A stretch of 64,000 nucleotides of DNA from Seison nebaliae (Eukaryota), in contig JALJEE010002757.1 of assembly GCA_023231475.1 (NCBI GenBank), positions 1 through 64,000 of the forward strand, given 5' to 3'. The notes under the pieces were generated by a model. It saw only the letters and a list, made by a program, of their open reading frames with translations. It had not been told where the DNA came from and searched no databases. This document shows positions 1 through 15,700 of this stretch, piece after piece (positions within the stretch are counted from its first letter, which is position 1; each line of letters begins with the position of its first letter). Position numbers and translations under genes: made by a program.

Positions 1-1040
1 TTTTGATGCTATTCGTCATCTCAAGGAAAAAGTGAGGATATCGAATAGGAAACACCGACAATCGAATACATCCGAAAATTATAATGAACTTGCGAAAGAG
101 AGAAAAGTATTTAGACGAGCAGTTCGATCACTGATTAGAGAAAATCTCTCGACGATCATTAACTCCTTTATTATGAATTATGACTGTAAACGTTTCTGGT
201 CAAATCTTCGACCAAATAATCCACATTCATTCACTGTTGCAGTTGATCTGTTCGATCAGTATTTTTCCTCAATTATGTTTGATAATCGTATTTCGTGCAA
301 TGATACTTATCACCCGAATTCTCAGCCTTTTAGTAATTTCAATAAAATCCGTTATTATTGTCGTTATCCGAATTACGTAAAGTTGTGAACGATATGATTC
401 CATGTAAGTCTCACGGCTTCTACAACTGGTGCATTTATTGGGTTAACGGACTCGGAGTTGAACCTGATCCTCTCCTTCATAAACAGTGCTTTTATGGGAG
501 AAGTGAACTACGGTAATTTTAGTACATTCTTAGTCGTTCTGATTATAAAAAGTTCTTCAAATCAAAATTTTCCAGAATCATACCGTCCTATCTGTGTGTC
601 TAGCTGTCTAGTTAAAATAATGGAGAAGGTAGTAAGTAACCGCTATTCCGACATACTCGATTCATGCCAATATCAATTTGCTTATCGCAATTCAGTAAGA
701 GGAACACTACCTCTTGTTCTCCTCATTCGTTACATTATCACTCGTTCTCGAAGATTAAGAAGTGGTGTTTTCGTGTGTTTCCTAGATGCATCTAAAGCAT
801 TCGATTCCGTCAATGTTGATATCGGTATTGATAAATTACGTATTGCTGGTGTGGACGAATGCTGTTTACAGTTTATCGAACTACTATCGAAGGATTCCAC
901 CGGTCGAATAAAAATCAATGGGCACATTGGAAACGAATATGCAATTAATAAAGGCGTACGTTAAGGTTCAATCCTCGCCCCTTGGATATTTGGGAAAATA
1001 CTTGATGATGTAATAATTCCTTGTAATAACCGATTCTCTT
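1..1040 (+). mobile_element. Degenerate non-LTR retrotransposon (LINE) ORF2 fragment, reverse transcriptase region
   Basis: RT motifs YRPICVSSCLVKIMEKVV, QFAYR, VFVCFLDASKAFDSV and KGVR*GSILAPWIF (TAA at 962-964 where Q of GVRQG is expected). A frameshift separates ORFs 32-388 and 458-964. The element breaks off before the YADD motif. The right boundary is approximate (1035-1078). Confidence 0.85.
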
Positions 1041-1681
1041 TTTCATTGGAAAACTATAATTATCCCGCAGTTCTTGCAACAACAACAATTAGCAACATAA
1101 AAAATGTTGACAGCTGTCAGACAGCACATTGAGATCGGCATTCCGGACGACTACAATTTTTCCATTTGATAAAACAGTTGTCATGCAGAAGTTTCGGAAT
1201 GAAACTGAAGATTACAGTTGCATTGGCGAATCGGTAAAGTATTTTGTTTCGAAGATGAATAAAGAAAATTTAAGTTTAAAGAAAAGAAAGAGAGCAACCA
1301 AAGAACCAGGAAAGGCGGTTACACTGATTGATTTTAACTTCGAAGATGAGTAACATTTAATGTTCCATTTCATTTTCTATTTTTTACCATTTTACTTATT
1401 GGAAATGAAATTTCCCATTGTGCCCCAGCGCTTAATTTATCATTATCTCGATTAATATAGGACTAATAATTATGAAAATCGACCATAAGGTTCAAAAATA
1501 TATTGGCCACATTATCGTGGAAAAAACGATTATTGATAATCAAAATTAATGTTCATTCTCAACCAAGATTTTTTTTTACAAAAAATGAGCTTTTCTATTC
1601 CTAATTTTGTATGACGCAAAAAGGCCTATTTTTTTTAAAATATGAAAAAACTACTTTTAAATTTTGCCCCAGTTGACGGTA
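1040..1681 (+). mobile_element. 3' remnant of a pogo/Tigger (DDE-1)-type DNA transposon with right TIR and TA target site
   Basis: Frameshifted peptide YPAVLA...HLRSAFRTTTIFPFDKTVVMQKF resembles the 'nl.sgFr.tGI.P.d' segment downstream of DDE-1 domains; stop at 1353. Terminal ATTTTGCCCCAGTTGACGG (1661-1679) is followed by TA (1680-1681), and a subterminal copy ATTGTGCCCCAG lies at 1417-1428. Confidence 0.55.
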
Positions 1682-1802
1682 CGATACTTAAATTACGTGA
1701 TCTTTTTTCATTTATCTTTAATCTTCTTTTTTTCTTCCTCCTGCTTATAACTCTCAAGAAGAAATTCCTTTAACGAAAAAGAAGCAGGAAACTATTCAAA
1801 TT

Positions 1803-2018
1803 ATGGCAATAAGCGAATCTGATTCACTGACAAAGGAAACTATACATTATCATGAAAATACAAATTTTTATCAAACAATTCGGAATATGAAGCCATATAA
1901 AGGGAACCACGATTGGAACGAATTTATTAAAGATTTCGGGCAACTTTTAAAACCTCATGAATTCTCCAAAGTTGCCAAATTGAAGTTTATTTTACCATTA
2001 ATCCTGGGAGGACATTAG
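1803..2018 (+). pseudogene. Possible LTR-retrotransposon Gag N-terminal fragment
   Basis: KPYKGNHDWNEFIKDF...SKVAKLKFILPLILGG resembles the 'PF.G...W..F...F......K...L...L.G' pattern of retrotransposon Gag. Short and truncated, adjacent to other TE debris. Confidence 0.35.
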
Positions 2019-2423
2019 AAAATTAATGTATGACGTGATGATAGTTCGATAAATTTTCTTTGTCCAATTCCAAAAATTTTCTGATAACATTTTCTACTCT
2101 TGTCTACTCTCAAATTAAATTTCCTCTTTCTTCCTCCTTTGTCGTTCTTTACAATTTCCTCAATTTCCATTACAGATATGTGGAGTGAGAAATATTAATA
2201 ATTTCTAATTTGATTCAACTTGCAAAGTGTAGAAGTTATGTGAGAGGAGATATAAAGATCAAATGTTCGACTATAATGGAGTCATTCCTTTGTAGTTTTA
2301 GAAGAAAAATAAAATAAATAAATTCCATTATAAGTTGAGATTGGTTGAATATGAAAGATAGGCGTGTGAAAGATTTGTTTTCATTTCGAGAACATCATTC
2401 ATGGACATAATAATTGTGAGAGA

Positions 2424-3306
2424 ATGAAGAAATATGGAATTAGTGCAATAAGGAAACATGCGAAGGAGAGTAAGAAGTTAGAGGAGAAGAAATTCGAATT
2501 AGAACAGACGAAAATTGCCGAGTTAACGAAACAGATGGGAATGTTCAAAGAGCAATTGGAGAAATTCGCCATGAAACATCGACAGGAATTGAGGAAAAAT
2601 GGCGAGTTCCGTCGTCACTTCCAAGAGATGTGCGCCACAGTTGGTGTTGATCCGTTGGCATGTTAATTCGTCTGTCATTCTCTCAATATTTCTACTTATC
2701 TCTCTCTCTTTCAGCCAGTAAAGGTTATTGGAGTGAATTGTTGGGAATTGGCGATTTCTATTATGAGATCGGAGTGCAAATCATCGAGATTTGTTTAGCT
2801 ACTCAACATTTGAATGGAGGTCTCATGGAAATTGGGGATTTGAAGAGGAAGTTGAATGAATCACGTCCATCGAATGCCACACCGATTTGCGAGGATGACG
2901 TTCAACGAACTGTCGACAAATTGAGTGTTCTAGGCAACGGATTTCAATTGATGAAATTGTCCAATATTACCATGATTCGTTCGCTGCCAATCGAATTGAG
3001 TATGGATCATTTGAGATTAATCGAATTAGCAAAAGTTTCTCTTCATTTTCAATCATTTCCATTTCCATTTTTATGAAAAGAAACGTCATGGTCAAATTTC
3101 GTTGTCGAGTTTAGAAGACGAATTTAAATGGACAACTGATCGTTGTACAATTTGTCTAGTTGGCAATGTTTTTTTATATTAATTCCATTATCTCATTGAC
3201 GTTTCTCGTTTTGAAGGAGAATCTCATTTCAACCGGTATCGCCTGGATCGACCAACAAGTGACTCCGCCAAATTATTGGATAATTAGTCTCTTCCAATTG
3301 AAGTGA
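2424..3306 (+). CDS. SNF8: ESCRT-II subunit SNF8/VPS22/EAP30, 241 aa; exons 2424-2661, 2715-3034, 3081-3158, 3217-3306
   Basis: FRRHFQEMCATVGVDPLA|SSKGYWSELLGIGDFYYEIGVQIIEICLAT...NGGL...L.VLGNGF...ELSMDH...GIAWIDQQ...YW match EAP30/Vps22. Three GT-AG introns (53, 46, 58 nt) restore the frame; total 726 nt. Confidence 0.95.
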
Positions 3307-3537
3307 GGTGAAGAAAAGATGTATTTAAAAAAATTTTTTAAAATTTCGATAAAATTTATTTATGTTGTCATACAAATGGGAAAATGTATTGAAATGTATT
3401 GTGAGTTGATTCTTTTTGTTGAGAAAAATTTTTTTAAAAAAAAAATTTGAATATTTTTTAAAAAAAAATTTTTGAATATTTTTACGATATTTGAATGGAG
3501 ATAAAATGGAAATGTGTTCGGGAAATTTGGATTGAGT

Positions 3538-4926
3538 TTAAAACAATTTGTTCGTAGAACTATGGAGATGATAGAAGAGTGATGAGAAGAGATTGAGAAT
3601 TGCGGCGAGGAAAAAAACGGGAAACCATCGACCGTGACTCATTTGTACGATTTCAACGGTTATCGGACCGCACAATATGCCGGGAATTGTTCCGATAGTA
3701 TTAGCTATGGCGAAAGTGACACCAGCGTAATGACCGCCAATATCTGCGTGATTCGACATGTGGCCAGATGAGTTGAATGCACTGAAGCCCATGAGAATTG
3801 CGATGCAGAGAATGGCCATGGACAAACTGGAAATATTGGCAAATATGATGAATGATATGGCACCAGGTAATAGACCTAGACTGGTCATAAGTCGCCGAAC
3901 ATTCAAAATTGACCATTTTTTCTTCACGATCAATTCATCAGCAATATGTCCCGAAAAGATTCCACTAATCGTATTAAAGATGAAGGGAACAGCCGTAAAA
4001 GATAAGCTTTCCCGATTGGCGCCCAAATTCATCTCGAGGTATTTGGGTAACCATAAAATGACCGTATAATTCATCCATCCCATAGCGAAATGAGCGAGAT
4101 AGATGGAGATGAGTGGCATTTGATTAAAATAATCTTTCCAATTGATCTTCTTTGCTGACAATCTGAGAATGGGGGCGATGAATTTGGTGGATTGACCATT
4201 TTCGTCCGCAGTTCGTATTTGGTTTAACGAAGTCAACGACGATTGACTATTTGCGAACTTTTTAGGTGACGTGCTAGTTAGAGAGGTGGCTGATAAGGAC
4301 GGTTTCGTATCGTTGATCGATAAGATCATTGGTAATCGAAGGAATGAGTTGTCGATCTTATTATAAGTGAAATGCCAAACTACCACCCAGACGATACCAG
4401 AAATACCGAAAAAATAGAAAGACGATTGCCAATAAAAATGTGGCGAGAGAAAAGCGGCTACCATTTGACCGGAAGCACCGCCCGCCATCAAATAAGAGAT
4501 GTGACGACTTCGCTCTTCGGGGAGACTACTCTCCGCTATTATATGATAACTAGCTGGTAAAGCCAAACCTTCCATAACACCGAGAAGTATCCGACTTAAT
4601 AATAACCACCAAATGTTAATGTGAACGATATGAGGAGTGAGGAGTGTAATGAGTGACCAGAAAAAAACGGATAAAGATAAAATCATTTTACCACCAAACT
4701 TTTTCGCTGTAGATGCACCTAAAACTTGAGAACTGATGTAGCCGATGAAGAAAGCGGAAAGAATAAATCCCTCCCATCTCAACGACAAATTTACTTCACT
4801 ACTAATTGTGTGAATTGATAAGGGCAACAATGTACGATCAGCGGTGTTGATGAAATTGGCGACCGTGCACAAACTGACCGGCCACGACAAATGGAAATTG
4901 TATAATGAATTGAATTTGATGCGCAT
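3538..4926 (-). CDS. Intronless SLC17/ACS-family MFS anion transporter (SLC17A9/sialin-like), 462 aa
   Basis: ILSAFFIGYISSQVLG, FGGK, SRILLGVMEGLALPA, WLPKYL, NHADIGGHYAGVTFAIANTIGTIPGI motifs and many hydrophobic helices. Single ORF ATG..TAA. Confidence 0.9.
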   Translation of the reverse strand: MRIKFNSLYNFHLSWPVSLCTVANFINTADRTLLPLSIHTISSEVNLSLRWEGFILSAFFIGYISSQVLGASTAKKFGGKMILSLSVFFWSLITLLTPHIVHINIWWLLLSRILLGVMEGLALPASYHIIAESSLPEERSRHISYLMAGGASGQMVAAFLSPHFYWQSSFYFFGISGIVWVVVWHFTYNKIDNSFLRLPMILSINDTKPSLSATSLTSTSPKKFANSQSSLTSLNQIRTADENGQSTKFIAPILRLSAKKINWKDYFNQMPLISIYLAHFAMGWMNYTVILWLPKYLEMNLGANRESLSFTAVPFIFNTISGIFSGHIADELIVKKKWSILNVRRLMTSLGLLPGAISFIIFANISSLSMAILCIAILMGFSAFNSSGHMSNHADIGGHYAGVTFAIANTIGTIPGILCGPITVEIVQMSHGRWFPVFFLAAILNLFSSLFYHLHSSTNKLF

Positions 4927-5395
4927 TTTGTTCTTTTCGAATTCAAATTAAAATTTTCTCTTTTTTCAATTAATCGAATTTTTTTCGCTAAAAATTTTTC
5001 CACTTTTTATCTCCCATCAATTTATATGGAGTCAATATCCAATTTAAATGGGAATTGGAGAATAAGAAATAGTTTCCTTCATCCAAATCTAAATGACGAT
5101 AAATGATCGATGATTCTCTATCGATATCTTCAATTTTCCATCTCAACGAATTTTTTATTCGACACGAACGGAACAATTGTGAAGTGGTTTGAGGTGTATG
5201 AAACGTCTGAGGAAGGTAACGACAATCCACTGTTGTTGTTAAGTAGATCGCAAAAAATTTTTAATTCAAATTATTCTCGTTCGAATTAAATTCTAAAAAA
5301 AAATTTAGCTGAACAAAATTAATTGATAAGAAATATCATTCAAATATCATCGATATTTATGGAGAAATTTATGGAAAAGAATTCGAACGAAAAAG

Positions 5396-5420
5396 TTTAT
5401 TACAAAAATAAAAAAAAAAA
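5396..5420 (-). promoter_or_regulatory. Candidate poly(A) hexamer with adjacent U-rich CPE-like element in the helicase 3' UTR
   Basis: Minus strand reads TTTTTTTTTTTATTTTTGTAATAAA, about 340-360 nt after the helicase stop. Weak evidence in such AT-rich DNA. Confidence 0.25.
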
Positions 5421-5758
5421 CAGTTCTCCATACTCAAAATGAACCGAAACATTTTCTCCTCAACCATTTATTGTCAGGTATGAATTACTTTTCATAGGTA
5501 GAAAATGAAGAGAAAATGATGAACGTTAATTTCATATTTCACTCGTCGTTGACACGGAGAGAGGAAGAGAAAGAGAAAGAGAAAGAGAGAGAGAGATATA
5601 AAATGAACTTAAAGTGAAAAGAATTTGAATGTTAATATATCAAGAATTGAAGAGAATTTTTGAATGTGAATTTTATCTATTTCATGTAAAATTTCGTTGG
5701 TAATCTCGAATGATTCATAAAACAGTTTTTCGTTTCTTCTTCGACAAGAACGCTCAAA

Positions 5759-9084
<3,326 letters not shown>

Positions 9085-9135
9085 TTCAACGGAACAACAC
9101 TCGATCTGGATGGAAAAAATTCAGTGAATAAATTT

Positions 9136-9355
9136 TGAAAAAGATTTGTGGAAAAATTGTGGAAAAATTGTGAAGGAATTGTGAAAGAAATTGAGTGAAG
9201 AAGATTTGATTTAATAATAGAGATATAATTTGAGAAAAAATTTTGAGGAAAAAAAATGAAGGAAACATTGAAAAAAAAAAGTTCGAGAAAATTTTGAAGA
9301 AAAAAAATGAAGGAAAAATTGAAAAAAAAAAGTTCGAGAAAATTTTGAAAAAAAT
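9136..9355. repeat. Degenerate 11-nt repeats (GTGGAAAAATT) followed by a ~51-bp tandem duplication upstream of the helicase
   Basis: GTGGAAAAATT x2, GTGAAGGAATT, GTGAAAGAAATT; then TTTTGA(G/A)GAAAAAAAATGAAGGAAA(C/A)ATTGAAAAAAAAAAGTTCGAGAAAA twice. Confidence 0.7.
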
Positions 9356-10490
9356 ATTTAAATTTTTCATGTAGTGCCTACAAAATACAATGTAATAACA
9401 GTGTACAAACTTACGAAGTTGTACAGGGTACAAAATCTAAAGAGAATCTCTTAGAATAATTTGATGGTGGTGAATGGATGAGGAGAAAAACGTAATAATC
9501 GGAATGAATCTTAAGCTGACTACTTTCCGAGGAATTGTCTCGATTAGCCTATGTCGACTTTAAGCTTTTCCCCCACTTTTTTTGGTTCATCCAAAGTCGT
9601 ATTGGATCGAGGAGAGTGTAAGAGACAAAGAGTGGAATGTTAACATATACATACATAGTTTCGCACATAATAATTAAGAAAATAATGAATAATAAATTAA
9701 AGGAGAAAATCTTGAGAAATCTATAAATAATTGTGACACAGACACATTTGACACAGGAAAATTACACAAAATTTTTGTGTTGTGGCGATTTTGTCACGAG
9801 TTACTTACTCCTTCGAATTTCAAAGAAATTTTAAGAAAAGTTTCCATTCTAAAGAAAAGAAGTACCTCTAAAGAAGAAATGAGCGGAGCCGTTTCTGAAT
9901 GATTCAATAGTGAGTGAGTTTATAATGAATTTAATTTAAAACCTATTGACTGGGCATTGAGTGAATGGAAATATAGTAAGTTTTCTAATTGATGAAACAT
10001 TTTAATGTTGAGCTGAAAGACTTGCTTAGTGATAACTCGTGTTGGGATTAGTGAGATGAGAATGAATGTTTGTGTTAATTTAATATGAAATCGACTTCTT
10101 GTTACAACAATGTAAGTGTGATCAGATGATTGTCTGATTGGAAGAGAAGAGTTAGAAGAATTAATTTCATCCCAATAAGAAAAGTGATTTGAATAGTTTT
10201 GGTCGTTGGCTTAAAGGTGCGTCAATTAGCTGAGAAAAGGAATTTTAATTCGAATTAAGCGAAAGAAAGATAGGAAATGTATTAACTCACCGTTCCTCAC
10301 AACAAATTCTTTTGACTGATAATCGACAAATCGTTAAATGATAACAGAGAAGAGTTTTAATTTCTTTCGATTCTCTTCTTTTTCATTCCTTTCTCGAACT
10401 CGTCAAGAACGATTTATTGTCAATTCGTCTCATTGAGGTGTTGGGTGGGCAGTGGGTGCGACAAGTGCACTATAAAATTCGTCGACCGAT

Positions 10491-11554
10491 ATGAAGGAGG
10501 AGCGACATTTTAGGGGGGAAGGTGGGAGGCATCAGGTTGATAACCGTTTAGCGGTTTATCATTTTACAGCTGGTGCGTTCGTCTTCTCTTTTGTTCGGAT
10601 TTGGAGTCCAATTTACATTAAATAGATTAGCGGGCATTGCTGGTGCGATTGTGACTTGTCCGTTGGAAGTACTCAAAACGCGACAACAATCGTCGAGATA
10701 TGCTTTGGCGAAACCGCGAATTTTCCAGTCGCTCGCTAACATCGTACGGATGGAAGGCACGTCCGCATTATTCAAAGGCGTCTTCCCTCACATGATCGGC
10801 GCTGCACCTCACCGGTTTCATTTTGTTTCATGAAATTTTTAAAATAATTTTCAATAATTATCATTTAAATAATAATTATTAGTGCAATTTATTTTTATAC
10901 GTACAAGAAATTGAAAGATGCGTATCCGGATAATTGGTGGTTGGCACCGAAGAACGGCGTCTCCGCAATTTCCGCCGGAATGATAACGTCGACGATAACC
11001 AATCCGATTTGGATGATCAAGACTCGTGTGCAGTTGGACGAATTGAGTCACACGCCACTAAATACGAAGGAAGTGATTAAGAAGATTTATCGACTACACG
11101 GTCTCCCCGGTTTCTATAAGGGCGTACAGGCGTCCTATGTCGGAACGATCGATACGGCGATTTATTTCATAATTTATGAAGAACTTAAAAAAATAATTCT
11201 TACCCATTCCCAAGTGGAGAATACGACGGATTTCCTGACAGTTCTCACTGCTTCCGCATTCTGTAAATCCATCGCCAGTACATTGTTATATCCACACGGT
11301 TCGATTTGCTCATTTAAATTTTCAAATTCTCCTTTTCAAATATAGAGGTCATCCGCACACGATTACGGGAGGAAGACGGAAAATATCGTGGTTTCTTTTC
11401 TACACTGATCACCATCAAGAAGGAATCGGGCATATCTGCCTGGTACAGCGGTTTACGAACACATCTCATTCGAACTATACCCAACACGGCAATCGTCATG
11501 TCCACATATGAACTATTTATTTATCTATTCCCCAAATCCAGTTTCCAAATGTGA
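10491..11554 (+). CDS. Mitochondrial pyrimidine-nucleotide carrier, SLC25A33/SLC25A36/Rim2-like, 299 aa; exons 10491-10576, 10626-10814, 10883-11298, 11346-11554
   Basis: Three carrier signatures [20 protein letters not shown] and [12 protein letters not shown], plus HFTAGA|LAG, PHR|AIYF and [14 protein letters not shown]. Introns of 49, 68 and 47 nt; total 900 nt. Confidence 0.93.
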
Positions 11555-12741
11555 AATTTTCACCGTGTCTGCCCACTCATGTGAGTGAGTAGTCTCTAAT
11601 CTCATACACAACTGAGACGAATGGAAACATGTAATTCAATGTCTGATATGCACAATGATTTCCTTTCCTCAAATCTCTCTCTCTTTCTCTCTCTCTGTCC
11701 GAATTCTATTTTTTTGAGATTTTTCTTAAATTTTTTTATTTTATGAAACTTTTTTCTCCTCATTTCAATCAGTCGAAATACATCTAAATAAATATTAATG
11801 GAATAATCGATTGTTATGGAAGTGGAGATGGGCCTTGATAACTTCTGTTAATCATCACTCTCGTTTCATATTCGACAAGTACACGAGTGACTTGTGAATG
11901 GGATTTTGGTGTTGGATGAATTGTGCAGCGGAAATAATATCAATATTTCATCGCTCCTTCATCAAATCGGAATGAGAGTAATGAATTCATTTTATTTTAA
12001 TCGTTCCAATTCCACATCATTTCTCAAGGTGAAATTAATCGATTACATCTCCTTCCAATCCTCCTCTACCATTCCCCCATTCCAATACCATAATCCGATT
12101 CGTTTTTTCCATATTTTTTGTGTTCGGACTCGTCTTAAAAATCGGAAATAAAAAATTGAAGAACTTAATACCTAATACCTAATACCTAATACAATTGAGA
12201 AGTGTCGAATTTAACAATATGTGGAAATTGGAAGAATTTCAATTTCCATTCATAATTGATGAGTTCCGATTGATGTTTTCTTTCTCTCCTATTTTTCAGT
12301 ACAAATTTCATTTGGAATAATTCCATGAATAATGGAATGGTAGCAGCCATCTCCTTTCTCCCAATACATAACTCAATTCATAACACATGTTATTACTTCT
12401 GACAGTGTAAGGAATTCCATCCGATTTCCATCGAACTTTACCAATTTCAACTTTCCGCCCATAAAACCTGAAAGTTCAAGTAGATGAATCACTTCGCTAT
12501 GTGCATGTGCACCTACATGAAATGTGATAGAGTAGAATTTCTTTCCTTTTCTTTAAACAAACAAACTTCACTCCCTCAGCCATTATTGATATTGACGATA
12601 ATTCATCAATACATGACAGATTGGACGATATGAATCGTTGCATTCTCTTATACCACCGATGTACCAATCGAGTGGAGATGAATGGAAAGCGTTTTACTTA
12701 CCATCCACTTGCTGTTAGAAGAGTAGAGTTGGACGAGACTC

Positions 12742-12755
12742 GTTGTCATGACAAC
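12742..12755. promoter_or_regulatory. Perfect palindrome matching the RFX X-box consensus
   Basis: GTTGTCATGACAAC is self-complementary and fits GTHNYY-AT-RRNAAC. No target gene is evident nearby. Confidence 0.35.
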
Positions 12756-15700
12756 TAAACATCATCTCGATGGGGACATCGGTAACAGAATGTCGATTGA
12801 GTGTAGAGAAGAAAATCTGTTTTGATGTAAATAAATGAAGTAAGACGATTGGAATAGTAATGGCAGTTGTAGTAGTAGAATTAGTCACTTTTTCAAACGA
12901 ATTTCTAACGTAAATTTCTCTCGAAAATTATCTTCACTAATTCGACGCCATTAAACGAGAATAATTTCCTACAAACATCTCCACTCCTAATCAGGTCCTG
13001 ATGATTTGTGGTTTCTCACCAATCAATTGACAGTCGGATCAATTACCATTTTCTTATTTAAAGAAGAATAAACTCATTCCATCAAACTAATTCCATCTAC
13101 GTCCGATATACGACGAGTTGGATGTAATTGTTATTTTCATTCATTTATTTTCTTAAAAAATGGGAAAAAAAAATTTGAAATTAATTCAACAATTTTATTT
13201 TTTATTGGAAACCAATTGACGAAATTTAGTTTTTATTCGAAAATTTCAATTGAAGGAAAGAAACGGTAAAGTTTATGAGATAAAGTCAAAATTTATTTTT
13301 AAAGAAATTTCAATGAAATATGTTGAAGTGAGAGATATGTAATTTATACGTCGATCGAGAATTGATTTCCAATTGAAATGACGACAGATAATGATTAAAT
13401 ATTGATGATGATTCTTCTTTTTCTATTGTTCTAACCATCTGATTATGATTTGAGAGAGAAGGTTTCACTCTATTGTCTCGTTTGTGATAATTTTTAGAGC
13501 AGATGATTTCATTATTTTCTTAACATTCACAACTTCGCTACTTTTGCGTCTTATCACGGACTTCCATCTTTTTTCGACATTTAGAAATGAATTTCATATT
13601 TTTTCACGATTTCTTCTTTCCTTAATTTGTTCTTCGAAGTCACTCATGAATGGCATTAGTCTCCCACCAAAGAATGATGATTGTATAATTATTTCTTTCC
13701 ACTCTACAAGAATATATTCCTAACGATTCATTCATTCCCATTACAATTTCCTTCTAAATCTAACACGCTTCCCTATATTACGAAAATTTTTCATACAAAT
13801 TTTTAAAAACAATTCGGTCACAATTCTTCAATTGGACAGATATCTCTTGTCCTGCACATTCTCTGACAAATAAAATTGACTTATGAAAATTTTCAATTTA
13901 AATAAATAATTTAACTTTCGTAAATATTTTTATAATTCGTCTATCATTTGATTTGTATACGTAGAAAAATTTTTATATTTTTCACAAATATTTTCCGTTT
14001 TCTGATTTCCTAAAGTTCTCCTTCACATGAAGGAAGTGTGATGGAGGAGATAGTGAATCTATGAGATTCCAATGAGATGTTAATGGTAATGTAAATATGC
14101 GATATTGGGATGGATGGGAAATGTGTTGAGCACAAATTGAGCATTCCATCTAATTATTATTCCTCTCATTATTATCTAACAAAAATGATGTGTATACAAT
14201 CCTCATTTATTTTGTGGCGATGTCACAAATGATGATTGACTTCCATTATTCGCTTGTCCATATCATTCAAGTATGTCATTGATATAATGGACTTTCGGCC
14301 GAAAGTCACTTTCCCATCGATCAATTCTCGTATTTATTCGGTACCAACAAAAAATCGTTCAAATGTTATCCAATTGAGAAAATGAGTTCAGGAGGAAATG
14401 AATTTAATCGGAAATGAATCAATATGGTCGTTTAACTTCTCATTGGTGACGGTTTAGTATTAGATAACAATGATCAATATTGAACGATTGAAAGAAACGT
14501 TATAATGATTTGATGAATCATATTTATGTAGGATTGTTGGAAGAGATTTGAATTGAGAGATAAATTTATTCTATTATCATCAAGGAGTGAAATTTGCGGA
14601 AATAACGTTGTACACATTAAGTCATTAATGACCTTCTCTTGTTGAAGGGAATTTATTTATCCATCACTATTTTGATGATGAGTAAGAAACTTGAATTATT
14701 TTATGACGTTTATCAAACGTTCGGATTAGAAAGTGGCTCGTGTGTATATCACACAGAGAAGACTTGGCAGATACCGACGTATGTGCTACAACACTCTGTG
14801 TGTGTTGGGCGAATGTAAGTGAGTTTGCGTGTTCCAATTCTGCCACTCTATTTGTTCTTGACAACATGTTATTGATTGGATGGCAATGATCAAGAATAAT
14901 TTCCTTTTATTTGGGATAATATTGTATAATGATTTTGTATCACATGCATCTTTCGTCGTCTTTACCACTATGGCGGCCGACCGACCGACCGCTCTCTCCT
15001 TCTCATTTCCGAAAGAATTGCTCTTGCGCTCATTCTCTCCCCTCACTTACATCAGTCAGTCAGTCTTCCTCTCCAACTTGGACATGCAGACGAAAGGTAA
15101 AGTTACTCATTCATTTATGTTTCTTTCATTCTCCTTATTTTCGTCAACATCGTTCCGAATGCTCGTTACTTCCATCAAGATCATTATCATGGTTTTTCCG
15201 CTTTCTCCTCCATTCTCTTCCTTCTCTACCCCCCATCATTATCTCCATCATCAATCCTCCCCATCCTCCTCTACAACATTATACATCTGATAATAACTAC
15301 ATTAACAATCATAACGAATGCGCGAATTATCAATATTATCGTTTCCTTACTACTTTATCTTTCTATCGCCGTCCACAATCTTACATTGTATAATCATTAT
15401 CTTATAAAGAAAAACTGTTCTTTTTTCATTCCATAAATTCCATCTATTCATCATCATTTTGGGTCCTTCGAATTTCTTTTTAAATCAAATTTCGTATTTA
15501 AGTAAAATTATTTTCAAAAAAATAATTCAATTATTAATCATTTGGGAAGGATAAAAATTCCGTTTCCGAATCATGTTGATCAATGTATCGATTTGAATGA
15601 AATTGAGATGATGAAAATTGTAAAATCAGGAAAAATGGAATTTTGAGAAAAACAACATTAAAAACAAGAACTATTTCTCCATGGAAATTTATTAATATTT

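Noticed and set aside
962..964. TAA at a conserved Gln position (GVRQG), suggesting TAA=Gln code reassignment
   Set aside because: Intact genes here terminate at TAA (SLC17, giant protein, CBM14) and TAG (helicase), and the RT is also frameshifted. A CAA-to-TAA mutation in a dead element explains it.
10471..10477. TATAAAA upstream of the SLC25 gene
   Set aside because: It lies only about 20 nt before the ATG, too close for a functional TATA box, and the motif is common in AT-rich DNA.
12690..12705. ACTTACC (U1 snRNA 5' end-like; minus-strand ATG|GTAAGT)
   Set aside because: No U1 stem-loops or Sm site follow, and no downstream in-frame exon was found on the minus strand.
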